A program made the position numbers and the translations under genes. Shown here in pieces: positions 1 through 12,095 of a stretch of DNA of 64,000 bases. The notes under the pieces are model-generated. The model was given only the letters and a program-made list of their open reading frames with translations. It had not been told where the DNA came from and searched no databases. Each line of letters opens with the position of its first letter. Position 1 is the stretch's first letter. This DNA is from Macrostomum lignano (taxonomy: Eukaryota): contig NIVC01000633.1 in NCBI GenBank assembly GCA_002269645.1, positions 62,001 to 126,000 of the forward strand. The letters run 5' to 3'.

Positions 1-830
1 ATTCCTCACTGTAGTGCCTGTCACTCCTCACTCTGTAGTGTCTGTCACTCACTCTGTAGTGTCTGCCACTCCTCACTCTGTAGTGTCTGTCATTCCTCAC
101 TGTAGTGCCTGTCACTCCTCACTCTGTAGTGTCTGTCACTCACTCTGTAGTGTCGTCTGTCACTCCTCACTGTAGTGCCTGTCACTCCTCACTCTGTAGT
201 GTCTGTCATTCCTCACTCTGTAGTGTCTGTCACTCCTCACTCTGTAGTGTCTGTCACTCCTCACTCTGTAGTGCCTGTCACTCCTCACTCTGTAGTGTCT
301 GTCATTCCTCACTCTGTAGTGTCTGTCACTCCTCACTCTGTAGTGTCTGTCACTCCTCACTCTGTAGTGTCTGTCACTCCCCACACCACCGAGTCTGTCA
401 TTCCTCACTCTGTAGTGTCTGTCACTCCTCACTCTGTAGTGTCTGTCACTCCTCACTCTGTAGTGTCTGTCACTCCTCACTCTGTAGTGTCTGTCACTCC
501 CCACACCACCGAGTCTGTCACTCCCCACACCACCGAGTCTCACTCCCCACACCACCGAGTCTCACTCTCCACACCACCGAGTCTGTCACTCATCACCACA
601 ATGTCTGTCACTCATCACCACAGTGTCTGTCACTCCTCACTCTGTAGTGTCTGTCACTCCCCACACCACCGAGTCTGTCACTCCCCACACCACCGAGTCT
701 CACTCCCCACACCACCGAGTCTGTCACTCCCCACACCACCGAGTCTCACTCCCCACACCACCGAGTCTGTCACTCATCACCACAGTGTGTGTCACTCCCC
801 ACACCACCCAGTCCGTCACTCATCACCAGT
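1..830. repeat. 24-bp minisatellite with two variants (CACTCCTCACTCTGTAGTGTCTGT grading into CACTCCCCACACCACCGAGTCTGT), intronic
   Basis: Tandem units read directly; the array ends just before the acceptor CCCGCAG at 851-857. Confidence 0.95.
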
Positions 831-857
831 GTCTGTAACTCCCCCTGCCGCCCGCAG

Positions 858-2293
858 CCGTTGGACTTCGATCCGCAGACCGGAGAATTCGTCGGGGCCC
901 GCGCGGCCCGCCAGCAGTACGAGCGCAGCCTTAGCAACAGCTCGGCGCCGAAGCCCAAAGCCCCCGTGGCCCTGGAGATGGGCGAGGGCGGCGTCTACGA
1001 GAACCAGCCGCAGAAGCTGCTGCCTGACGTGGTGCAGTACCAGGCTGGCGGCGGCGGCGAGCTTGGCGACATCCGCGGCACCGCCAGCGCCGCCAAGCGG
1101 CAGCTGCTGCTCCGACAGCGCGAGGCGGAGGAGGCCGCCAGAGCCGGCCGGCCTGGAATGGTGAATTTTGCTGCTGCTGCTGCTGCTGCTGCCGCTGTGT
1201 GTGTGCTGCTGCTGGCTGTTGCACTGCAGCTGCGGCACATTGCCTGACGCCTCCTCTCTGCGTGCGCACCGCAGCTGGCTGGCGGCAGGTATTGGCGCAG
1301 TTCTGTCTGTGTCTGTGTCTGTGTGTGTCTGTCTGTGTCTGTGTGTTGTGTCTGTGTGTGTCTGTCTGTGTGCTGTGTGTGTCTGTCTGTGTGCTGTGTC
1401 TGTGTCTGTGTGCTGTGTCTGTGTGCTGTGTCTGTGTCTGTGTGCTGTGTCTGTGTGCTGTGTCTGTGTGCTGTGTCTGTGTGCTGTGTCTGTGTGCTGT
1501 GTCTGTGTGCTGTCTGTGTGCTGTGTCTGTGTCTGTGTGCTGTGTCTGTGTCTGTGTGCTGTGTCTGTGTGCTGTGTCTGTGTGCTGTGTCTGTGTGCTG
1601 TGTCTGTGTCTGTGTGCTGTGTCTGTGTGCTGTCTGTGTGCTGTGTCTGTGTGTGTCTGTGTGCTGTGTCTGTGCGTTGTTTCTGTCTGCTGTGTCTGTG
1701 TGCTGTGTCTGTGTGCTGTGTGTCTGTGTGTTGTCTGTCTGTCTGTTGTTTTTGTCTGCTGTGTGTCTGTTTGCTCTGTCTGTCTGTCTACTGTGTCTGT
1801 CTGTGTGTTGTGTCTGCTGTGTCTGTCTGTGTGTTGTGTCTGCTGTGTCTATCTGTGTGTTGTGTCTGCTGTGTCTGTCTGTTTGTTGTGTATGTCTGCT
1901 GTGTGCTAACATAACATAACTAATGTGTCAGTTTGTTGTCTGTGATCTAATTGTTCAGTTAGGGGAATGTCTGCTGTGTCTGTCTGTTTGTTCTGCCTAC
2001 ATGTATTACTTTTGTCACCTGTGCGCTCTGCTATACTCGTAGTTGGCCCAATTTCACTCAATGCATTTTTAGTTTTTGTCTTTTAATGTCGCGCACTTTA
2101 AAGCTCACAGAAATCTCTGCTCGCAGCTTCTCACGCAGCTCCGCCCCCTCCAACCGCCTCTCCCATCGCACTGCTCGGACCCGCCCTGCAGATTGACATC
2201 TGGGCCGAGCTCTCAGAGCACAGTGGCGTCTTCGAGAACGATCCGCAGCAGCGGCCTGCTGACCTCATCTGGAGCGGCCGCTCCGATGATTGA
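858..2293 (+). CDS. Partial gene (5' exons outside the window or unresolved): protein with repeated G-V-[YF]-E-N-x-P...D-[VL]-[VI] motifs
   Basis: Exon 858-1160 (acceptor cccgcag, donor ATG|gtgaat, 303 nt) splices in phase 0 to exon 2192-2293 (ccctgcag|ATTGAC...TGA). GC3-rich codons. GGVYENQPQKLLPDVV and SGVFENDPQQRPADLI are copies of one motif. Confidence 0.6.
1302..1905. repeat. TG/TC-rich cryptic microsatellite (TGTCTGTGTGC-like)
   Basis: Low-complexity run read directly. Confidence 0.95.
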
Positions 2294-2452
2294 TGAAGCT
2301 TACATTTACTTCGGGAGTTGAGGGGAAGTTGAGGGAGTTGGAACTTAAGGGGAGCAAAGCTTTGCCGCACGGCTCAGCACCGCTGTAGTTTAGCTGGGAG
2401 CTCTGCCAGGGGCGTAGCTGGCGTCGGGAGTTTACTCGGCCTCCAGTAGCAA

Positions 2453-2990
2453 CCCAAGCCCCAACAACACCCCAACCTCCACAACACCCCAACCACCACA
2501 ACACCCCAACCTCCAGCGGCACCCCAATTCCCACAACACCCCAGCCCCCACAACACCCCAACCCCCACAACACCCCAGCCCCCACAATACCCTAATTCAA
2601 GCAGCACCCCAACCCCCACAACACCCCAGCCCCCACAACACCCCAGCCCCCACAACACCCCAGCCCCCACAACACCCCAGCCCCCACAACACCCCAACCC
2701 CAAGCAGCACCCACCCAAGCAGCACCCCACCCCAAGCAGCACACAACCCCCACAATACCCTAATTCAAGCAGCACCCCAACCCCCACAACACCCCAAGCA
2801 GCACCCCACCCCAAGCAGCACCCACCCCAAGCAGCACCCCACCCCAAGCAGCACACAACCCCCACAATACCCTAATTCAAGCAGCACCCCAACCCCCACA
2901 ACACCCCAAACCACACAACACCCCAACCCTAAGCAGCACCCCACCCCAAGCAGCACCTCAACCCCCACAACACCCCAACCCCTAGCAGCA
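2453..2990. repeat. C/A-rich ~17-bp minisatellite (CCCCCACAACACCCCAG-like)
   Basis: Tandem degenerate units. Confidence 0.9.
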
Positions 2991-3654
2991 CCAAATTTCT
3001 CTATTTCAAACGATAGCTACACCCTTGAATTCCGAGCAACTACTATAAGTAGGGAAAAAATTCTTATCAGTGCTTTTGACAAATCCAGTGACTTCTGCCT
3101 GCTATATCCGAGTACCAATGCTTAGTGTACATTGGGAGCCTTAATGCAACTGTTAAGAGTATGCTATAAAAGTACTTGTCGGTTCCCTCGCGGCTGTTCA
3201 CCTCACACATTACAATAATTTTCATGCTGGCTTGCCTTGCGTGTTTGTAGCCAGATTCGATTCACCATATACTACTGCTGCTTAACGGTTTGCAGTTCCG
3301 TGCATGCAGGTATTTATTTCCTAATGTAGGCCTTACTGTTAGAGTTTTACTCGCTTGCGGTATCATTCTGTATGGAATTCTTTTTGTGTAAGCTAAATTT
3401 GTTAATTGCTTTTAATTTGAGCACACTTGTCCGTATTTAGAAGTCCTTGAATGCAGCTAAGAGTAATAAATGCTCATTGCTCTGGCATGCCTTTTTCTGC
3501 TCTGCTGGGTCGGCTGCGCTACTCTGTCTAGCAAAAGTAAATGAAAGTAAAACGGCATGCAAACTAATGCCGTTTTACTTGTGCTACAGTAAATAAATGC
3601 AACGCTTTTTAATGTAGGAAGCGTGTTAACCTTATATATAGCGCATGCAGCGGA

Positions 3655-4120
3655 ATGTACACCCTGACACCCTGTGTACATACAGTAGAGTGTACACCCT
3701 GTGTACATACAGTAGAGTGTACACCCTGTGTACATACAGTAGAGTGTACATCCTGTGTACATACAGTAGAGTGTACACCCTGTGTACATACAGTAGAGTG
3801 TACACCCTGTGTACATACAGTAGAGTGCACACCCTGTGTACATACAGTAGAGTGTACACCCTGTGTACATACAGTAGAGTGTACACCCTGTGTACATACA
3901 GTAGAGTGTACACCCTGTGTACATACAGTAGAGTATACACCCTGTGTACATACAGTAGAGTGTACACCCTGTGTACATACAGTAGAGTGTACACCCTGTG
4001 TACATACAGTAGAGTGTACATCCTGTGTACATACAGTAGAGTATACACCCTGTGTACATACAGTAGAGTATACACCCTGTGTACATACAGTAGAATGTAC
4101 ACACTGTACATACAGCGGAT
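3655..4120. repeat. 27-bp minisatellite CCCTGTGTACATACAGTAGAGTGTACA
   Basis: About 17 near-identical units. Confidence 0.95.
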
Positions 4121-4224
4121 TGTACATCCTATGTATTGTACTCGTATATACAGTGGAAATTTCAGTCCATATCTAGTTCACACAGCAGAGTGTACACTCT
4201 ATGTACGTGCATCAGATTGTACAG

Positions 4225-4827
4225 CCGCTGGAGTGCGGTTGTAGTCAGCCAGTATCCGCATGGTTTTACCCGCCTCTCCGACCTGTATCGCGCGCCTCCC
4301 CATCAAACCTCTACTAACCAACCCGCTCGCCACTCTGCGCCCCAGCCGCCGGTCTCAAAGCCGCAGCAACCGCGGCAGCAGCAGCAGCAGCTGGACTTTG
4401 ACTACTCGGCGCCGGTGTCGGACGCCACGGTGTCGGAGTCGCAGCCGACGCCCCTGCCAGACGGCGTGGTGCGCAGCGGCGCCCCGACCCCGCCGACGAG
4501 CTGCCGCCGGCCAACGCCGCCCGCTCGGCGCTGCAGCTGTGGCGCGGCAAAGAGGAGGAGGTGGACGCGTCGGGCGCACCGAATCCCGAGACTGCCGAGC
4601 GGCGCCAGCGCGAGCTGCGGGACGGCGCCAGGCAGCAGCGCCAGGCGGCGGCAAACCGCAATGTCCGCCTGCCACAGCGCCAGGAGCCGCAACGCGGCGA
4701 CGGCGATGACGAGGGCGACGGCGAGATCGTCGGCGAAGGCGTAGCCGACGAGCTGCCTGCCGAGGGGACGGCCAGGAGCCTCCGTTCGCTGTTCGACGGC
4801 TGCCAGCAGCAGCAGCAGGCGGCCTGA
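4225..4827 (+). CDS. Terminal exon of the same repeat-motif protein family, with a 1-nt frameshift in a C-run at 4482-4485 (sequencing error or pseudogene)
   Basis: Acceptor tgtacag|CCG. Frame 1 gives ...LDFDYSAPVSDATVSESQPTPLPDGVVRSG; adding one C joins it to the frame giving PDPADELPPANAARSALQLWRGKEEEVDASG...ELPAEGTARSLRSLFDGCQQQQQAA*. Confidence 0.55.
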
Positions 4828-5689
4828 CCGGTTGACCCCGCGGGACCCCTGCACCCTGAACTCTGCTCAAAGTGACACCAGCGACAGGACTGCGGCATCC
4901 CTCCCGAATACTGATGTACATTTAAGGCTATCCGCTATACGCTATACGCTATCAACGCCATTGCATGCCTGCCTACTCATTTCCGTCTCGCCGATAATCC
5001 AGTAGCATGTTGTGCGCATATTTTTAATTTTTTAATCAGTTGAAATTTTTAATGTCTTTTTACGAGCTAGCTGCCGATGGTTAATATTAATATTTTATCA
5101 ATACTGCATGTTCTGCACTTACTACTCGCGCTCTTATTGCATACACAGTAGCGAGAATTGCGCGCAGCTGCTGCTTTTTTTGTCTGCATGAACTTTTTAT
5201 ATTGTGTTAAACGAAAAATCTTTGAAAATTTTCCTGGTTTCACTTCCCGCCAATTCCGAGGCAAAATTTACGATGTTTTATGCTTCTTTTAATTATACGC
5301 GATTTCGCTTCCGTTTTCAATTAAAAAATTATTATTATTCTCGTTTCGCTTTTGTGCCCGCAGTTGCGTCATTTCTGCCGCCACTGCTGCTGCAACTTCA
5401 AACTGTACAATAGCAATACTTGCGCAAGTATTGACTGTGCTCTGTGTGCGCTGCAATTCAAGTCTGCGCTGCTTTGTGTTGCGCTCCCTTCTCGCACTTC
5501 TCTTGGCTCTTTTTTAATTAGTTTGTCCGCTAAGCAATAAACGCATTGATGCTCTGAGGAGGTCGCCGATTGAGACCGCTTTGTGCATTCAGTAATTTCT
5601 GTGCGGCTTCTGCGGTCTTCTTTTACTAGCATTGCACAGTGCTGCCAAGTATAAGAACACTTCTGCAGTATGTTCTGTGGTCTTTTTGG

Positions 5690-6984
5690 GGTTGCGGGTT
5701 TTGGGGTGTGTTTTGGGGTGTGTTTTGGGGTTGGTGTTTTGGGGTTTGTGTTTTGGGGTTGTGTATTTTGGGGTTTGTGTTTTGTGGTTGTGTTTTGGGG
5801 TTGTGTGTTTTGGGGTTGTGTATTTTGGGGTTTCTGTTTTGTGGTTGTGTTTTGGGGTTGTGTATTTTGGGGTTGTGTGTTTTGGGGTTGTGTATTTTGG
5901 GGTTTCTGTTTTGTGGTTGTGTTTTGGGGTTGTGTATTTTGGGGTTGTGTGTTTTGGGGTTGTGTATTTTGGGGTTTCTGTTTTGTGGTTGTGTTTTGGG
6001 GTTGCGTGTTTTGGGGTTGCGTTTCTTGGGGTTGCGTGTTTTGGGGTTGCGTGTTTTGGGGTTGCGTGTTTTGGGGTTGTGTGTTTTGGGGTTGCGTGTT
6101 TTGGGGTTGTGTTTTGGGGTTGTGTATTTTGGGGTTGTGTGTTTTGGGGTTGTGTTTTGGGGTTGTGTATTTTGGGGTTTCTGTTTTGTGGTTGTGTTTT
6201 GGGGTGGTTATGTATTTTGGGGTTGTGTGTTTTGGGGTTGTGTATTTTGGGGTTTCTGTTTTGTGGTTGTGTTTTGGGGTTGCGTGTTTTGGGGTTGTGT
6301 GTTTTGGGGTTGTGTATTTTGGGGTTTCTGTTTTGTGGTTGTGTTTTGGGGTTGTGTATTTTGGGGTTGTGTGTTTTAGGGTTGTGTATTTTGGGGTTTC
6401 TGTTTTGTGGTTGTGTTTTGGGGTTGCGTGTTTTGGGGTTGCGTTTCTTGGGGTTGCGTGTTTTGGGGTTGCGTGTTTTGGGGTTGCGTTTCTTGGGGTT
6501 GCGTGTTTTGGGGTTGCGTGTTTTGGGGTTGGTGTTTTGGGGTTGCGTGCTTTGGGGTTGCGTGTTTTAAGGTTATGTGTTTTGGGGTTGCGTGTTTTGT
6601 GGTTGGTGTTTTAAGGTTGTGTGTTTTAGGGGTTGTGTGTTTTGGGGTTGGTGTTTTAAGGTTGTGTGTTTTGGGGTTGCGTGTTTTGGGGTTGGTGTTT
6701 TGGGGTTGGTGTTTTAAGTTTGTGTGTTTTGGGGTTGGTGTTTTGGGGTTGCGTGTTTTGGGGTTGCATGTTTTAAGGTTGTGTGTTTTGGGGTTTGTGT
6801 TTTGGGGTTGGTGTTTTAAGGTTGTGTGTTTTGGGGTTGGTGTTTTGGGGTTGCGTGTTTTTGGGTTGGTGTTTTGGGGTTGCGTGTTTTGGGGTTGCGT
6901 GTTTTGGGGTTGGTGTTTTAAGGTTGTGTGTTTTGGGGTTGCGTGTTTTGGGGTTGCGTGTTTTAAGGTTGGTGTTTTGGGGTC
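5690..6984. repeat. G/T-rich ~15-bp minisatellite with a TTTTGGGG core
   Basis: Dozens of TTTTGGGGTTGTGTG-like units. Confidence 0.95.
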
Positions 6985-7640
6985 TGATGATCATAGAGCT
7001 GCATTGACACTAGCCTGATGGTCATAGAGCTGCATTCACACTAGCCTGATGGTCATAGAGCTGCATTCACACTAGCCTGATGGTCATAGAGCTGCATTCA
7101 CACTAGCCTGATGGTCATATAGAGCTGCATTCACACTATCCTGATGGTCATAGAGCTGCATTGACACTAGCCTGATGGTCATAGAGCTGCATTGACACTA
7201 GCCTGATGGTCATATAGAGCTGCATTCACACTAGCCTGATGGTCATAGAGCTGCATTCACACTAGCCTGATGGTGATAGAGCTGCATTCACACTAGCCTG
7301 ATGGTGATAGAGCTGCATTCACACTAGCCTGATGGTGATAGAGCTGCATTCACACTAGCCTGATGGTGATAGAGCTGCATTCACACTAGCCTGATGGTCA
7401 TAGAGCTGCATTGACACTATCCTGATGGTCATAGAGCTGCATTGACACTAGCCTGATGGTCATAGAGCTGCATTCACACTAGCCTGATGGTGATAGAGCT
7501 GCATTCACACTAGCCTGATGGTCATAGAGCTGCATTGACACTAGCCTAATGGTCATAGAGCTGCATTGACACTAGCCTGATGGTGATAGAGCTGCATTCA
7601 CACTAGCCTGATGGTCATATAGAGCTGCATTCACACTAGC
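6985..7640. repeat. 31-bp minisatellite TGATGGTCATAGAGCTGCATTCACACTAGCC
   Basis: About 21 tandem units. Confidence 0.95.
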
Positions 7641-8011
7641 TCCAATGCACAACAGGTAGTCCTTAAATTCGTGCTGTCTTGGTCCCAATACTAGACCAGC
7701 TTGTCAGTGCAGTCCATGGCGACCAGAAATGATCAGAGAAGAGAATCTTTAACAATCGCTGCTCATCCGGACTCCGTTGGGCGGGGAGTCAGCTGTTGCC
7801 GCTGCGAGAGAGCCGCAGTCTTGTAAAAGCAAAATATAATTGTACGGTGCCTAAATTGCGTGCAGCTGCAGGTTGCAGGTTACTTTCTCACCTTAAAGAA
7901 CTAAGCTCGCAACTAAAAACAAAACTTGTTCAGCGTCTACTCAGCCTCGAATTCTGGGATTTTGTCCTCGCATCGCAGACTTTCTTGACTCGGGCGATCA
8001 CTTTTGAATCT

Positions 8012-11000
8012 TCAGTCTCCGAGCTGCTGCCGGCCCTGCACCGCAGCGAGAGCGGCAGCGGCCAGCAGCAGCAGCGACTCGGACAGTCCGCAGGCCACAG
8101 GCGCGACTCCGCTGGCCTGATCGGACTGGAACCCGACCGGGATTTCGTTGGCCTGCAGGCTGTTGCACAGCTGGCCCACGCAGATCAGGCAGCCCGACAC
8201 GAACTGCAGAGTCCGGCAGTCAAATTTGCCGCAGCCTCCCATCAGGCTGACTTTGTTTGGGGTGTCCTGCGGGGTTCAGGAAGATTTGGGGTGTTCTGCG
8301 GGGTTCAGGAAGATTTGGGGTGTCTTGCGGGTTTCAGGAAGATTTGGGGTGTCCTGCGGGGTTCAGGAAGATTTGGGGTGTTCTGCGGGGTTCAGGGAGA
8401 TTTGGGGTGTTCTGCGGGGTTCAGGAAGATTTGGGGTGTCCTGCGGGTTTCAGGAAGATTTGGGGATGTCCCTCAGGTCTGGAAGATTGTCCCTCAGGTC
8501 TGGAAGATTTGGGGATGTCTCTCAGGTCTGGAAGATTTGGGGATGTCCCTCAGGTCTGGAAGATTTGGGGTGTCCTGCGGGGCTCAGGAGGATTTGGGAT
8601 GTCCTGTGGGGATCAGCATTGGGGATGTCCTGCGGGGATCAGCATTGGGGATGTCCTGTGGGGATCAGCATTGGGGATGTCCTGTGGGGATCAGCATTGG
8701 GGATGTCCTGCGGGGCTCAGGAGGATTTGGGATGTCCTGTGGGGATCAGGATTGGGGATGTCCTGCGGGGATCAGCATTGGGGATGTCCTGTGGGGATCA
8801 GGATTGGGGATGTCCTGCGGGGATCAGGATTGGGGGTGTCCTGCGGGGCTCAGGAGGATTTGGGATGTCCTGCGGGGCTCAGGAGGATTTGGGATGTCCT
8901 GCGGGGCTCAGGAGGATTTGGGATGTCCTGCGGGGATCAGGAGGATTTGGGATGTCCCTTTTAGAGTTCCGAAGTTTCAAGAATGGCTGGGCCGTGCCTC
9001 ACAGAGTAGCCAGTCGCGAAGTTGGGATCCGGTTCAGTGAGCTCAATTCGATGGCAGCTGTTGATGCCGGCACCGCAGTAGGCGGGCTCCTCCTTCACCT
9101 GCGGCACGTACTCCTTCTTGTCGCCATAAAAGATCTGCCTGACATCTCCGCTGTAGCTGTAGCATTGGCTGTGCTTCTGCTCGACTCTCTTCAGCAAGCC
9201 CGTGTTGCACCTGTCTGCACCGCTGCAGACCAGGCAGTTCGACGGGTCCTGCTTGCACTCGTCGCCTTTGGCGCAGTGCGCTTCGTAAACCTGCGGCATA
9301 AGTTAGTTAGTTGGTCAGTTTGCACGGGGATTGGCGCGCATGGATAAATACTCGCACGCACGGACAGCTCACACCGGGTGTTCAGGGGTCCTGACTTTCT
9401 CGTTGCCAGGTATGTACACTCTCTGTGTCTCTGGGGCTGGCATGTACACTCTCTGTGTCTCTGTGGCTGGCATGTACACTCTCTGTGTCTCTGGGGCTGG
9501 CATGTACACTCTCTGTGTCTCTGGGGCTGGCATGTACACTCTCTGTGTCTCTGGGGCTGGCATGTACACTCTCTGTGTCTCTGTGGCTGGCATGTACACT
9601 CTCTGTGTCTCTGGGGCTGGCATGTACACTCTCTGTGTCTCTGTGGCTGGCATGTACACTCTCTGTGTCTCTGTGGCTGGCATGTACACTCTCTGTGTCT
9701 CTGGGGCTGGCATGTACATCTCTGTGTCTCTGGGGCTGGCATGTACACTCTCTGTGTCTCTGTGGCTGGCATGTACACTCTCTGTGTCTCTGGGGCTGGC
9801 ATGTACACTCTCTGTGTCTCTGGGGCTGGCATGTACACTCTCTGTGTCTCTGGGGCTGGCTTTTATGAGCCAGAACTGCGCGAGTCATGAATTCGTCAGC
9901 TAGTTTTTGTTCTAAACGAGACAGGGACCGGAGGGTCAGAAAGGCAGGGACTGGAGGGTCAGAGAGGCAGGGACCGGAGGGTCAGAAAGGCAGGGACCGG
10001 AGGGTCAGAGAGGCAGGGACTGGAGGGTCAGAAAGGCAGGGACCGGAGGGTCAGAGAGGCAGGGACTGGAGGGTCAGAAAGACAGGGACCGGAGGGTCAG
10101 AGAGGCAGGGACTGGAGGGTCAGAGAGGCAGGGACCGGAGGGTCAGAGAGGCAGGGACTGGAGGGTCAGAAAGGCAGGGACCGGAGGGTCAGAGAGGCAG
10201 GGACTGGAGGGTCAGAAAGGCAGGGACCGGAGGGTCAGAGAGGCAGGGACCGGAGAGTCAGAGAGGCAGGGACTGGAGGGTCAGAAAGACAGGGACCGGA
10301 GGGTCAGAGAGGCAGGGACTGGAGGGTCAGAGAGGCAGGGACTAGAGGGTCAGAGAGGCAGGGACTGGAGGGTCAGAGAGGCAGGGACTGGAGTATCAGA
10401 GAGGTAGGGACTGGAGGGTCAGAGAGGCAGGGACTGGAGGGTCAGAAAGGCAGGGACTGGAGGGTCAGAAAGGCAGGGACTGGAGGGTCAGAGAGGTAGG
10501 GACTGGAGGGCCAGAGAGGTAGGGACCGGAGAGTCAGAGAGACAGGGACTGAAGAGTCAGAGAGGTACGGACCGGAGGGTCAGAGAGGCAGGGACTGGAG
10601 GGTCAGAGAGGCAGGGACTGAAAGGTCAGAGAGGCAGGGACTGGAGGGTCAGAGAGGCAGGGACTGGAGGGTCAGAGAGGCAGGGACTGAAAGGTCAGAG
10701 AGGTAGGGACTGGAGGGTCAGAGAGGCAGGGACTGAAAGGTCAGAGAGGTAGGGACTGGAGGGTCAGAGAGGTAGGGACTGGAGGGTCAGAGAGGCAGGG
10801 ACTGAAAGGTCAGAGAGGTAGGGACTGGAGGGTCAGAGAGGTAGGGACTGAAGAGTCAGAGAGGCAGGTGTCCCGCACAGGCGAAGTCGCAGTGCAGCCT
10901 CACGAGAGTCCTCTCGTCGCTGGCCAGCTGGATTCTCTCGAAGCAGCCGGTGTGGAAGGAGGCGCAGGGCTCCGAGTAGTTCTGCTGGCTGAAGTCCACG

Positions 11001-11174
11001 GCAACCAGGCATTCCAAGGACGCTGCTCGGTCTGCAGTTTCGCCAGGTTCAACGAGTACCATGAGTGGTTCGACGAACCTGGAATATTAGAATCGAATCG
11101 AGCTGATAAGGGAGAAACTTACGAGTGGCTGCGGAAAGGATGATCAAACATGCGATAAGCTGATTGAGCTGCAT
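8012..11174 (-). CDS. Secreted, GPI-anchored protein with two Ly6/uPAR (three-finger-like) domains, ~240 aa
   Basis: Exons 11174-11123, 11031-10904, 9290-9003 and 8266-8012 total 723 nt in frame. Signal peptide MQLNQLIACLIILSAAT; domain ends CLVCSGADRCN and CLICVGQLCN; hydrophobic C-terminal GPI-type tail SESLLLLAAAALAAV. Confidence 0.8.
8255..8958. repeat. 28-29-bp minisatellite GATTTGGGGTGTCCTGCGGGGTTCAGGAA in Ly6 intron 3
   Basis: Tandem units; the array edge overlaps the exon-4 acceptor. Confidence 0.95.
9412..9860. repeat. 30-bp minisatellite ATGTACACTCTCTGTGTCTCTGGGGCTGGC (Ly6 intron 2)
   Basis: About 15 units. Confidence 0.95.
9920..10865. repeat. 23-bp purine-rich minisatellite AGGGACTGGAGGGTCAGAGAGGC (Ly6 intron 2)
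   Basis: About 40 units. Confidence 0.95.
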
Positions 11175-11369
11175 CGCTGAGTTCACCACACCGTTCAGCT
11201 TCCAATCGAATTGTTTATTTCGAGTTTAGAGCGCTCTTACTTATTAAAATGCCGTGTGCAGCTACTCAAAACGGTCTGGTCTGTGTTGGCTGTCTACATT
11301 TTTCTGCGCCGCGTACGAAATGTCTATGGGTCAGGCCTAGCTGGTTAATTAGTAAACCTATTTGGTTAC

Positions 11370-11748
11370 CGGATGAGGCTGACCTCTGGTTACTGAGTGA
11401 GGCTGACCTCTGGTTGCTGGATGAGGCTGACCTCTGGTTACTGGATGAGGCTGACCTCTGGTTACTGGATGAGGCTGACCTCTGGTTACTGGATGAGGCT
11501 GACCTCTGGTTACTGGGTGAGGCTGACCTCTGGTTACTGGATGAGGCTGACCTCTGCTGGTTACTGAATGAGGCTGACCTCTGGTTACCGGATGAGGCTG
11601 ACCTCTGGTTACTGGATGAGGCTGACCTCTGGTTACTGGATGAGGCTGACCTCTGGTTACTGGATGAGGCTGACCTCTGGTTACTGGATGAGGCTGACCT
11701 CTGGTTACTGGATGAGGCTGACCTCTGGTTACTGGATGAGGCTGACCT
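11370..11748. repeat. 24-bp minisatellite GGATGAGGCTGACCTCTGGTTACT
   Basis: About 15 units. Confidence 0.95.
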
Positions 11749-12095
11749 CCCCTTGCTGGGGGTATGTCCACCAATTAGCATCTTACATTTTCTACGAAGT
11801 ACATTACAAACTGCATGTGTTTGTAGGATGGCGGCAAGGCCCTCAAAATTCCCTCGAAAGGCCCTCGAATGAGATTTTGACTGGCAACTTCTGTCAACAC
11901 TGCAGAGTAGCCTAGCGGCTCACCGCAAATACACGAATTCAAGGCACATCCAGATATTTATTGAACCACTCATATGTAAATTAGCAAGCCCTTTCTTTTT
12001 CAGGTGTGTCAATTCAGACACATACAATGGATGAGCGCCTACAGAAAAGAGATAATAAATTTCCCGATGAAAAAGTACATTCACTGCTAGATAGA

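Noticed and set aside
6980-7640. Hammerhead ribozyme satellite (as in schistosome Sm-alpha)
   Set aside because: Only one CTGATGA occurs and the units read CTGATGG; no GAAA-NUH core is present.
11079-11122. 44-nt first intron of the Ly6 gene using the nearest AG
   Set aside because: It puts exon 2 out of frame; the acceptor at 11032 restores signal peptide + LEC in frame.
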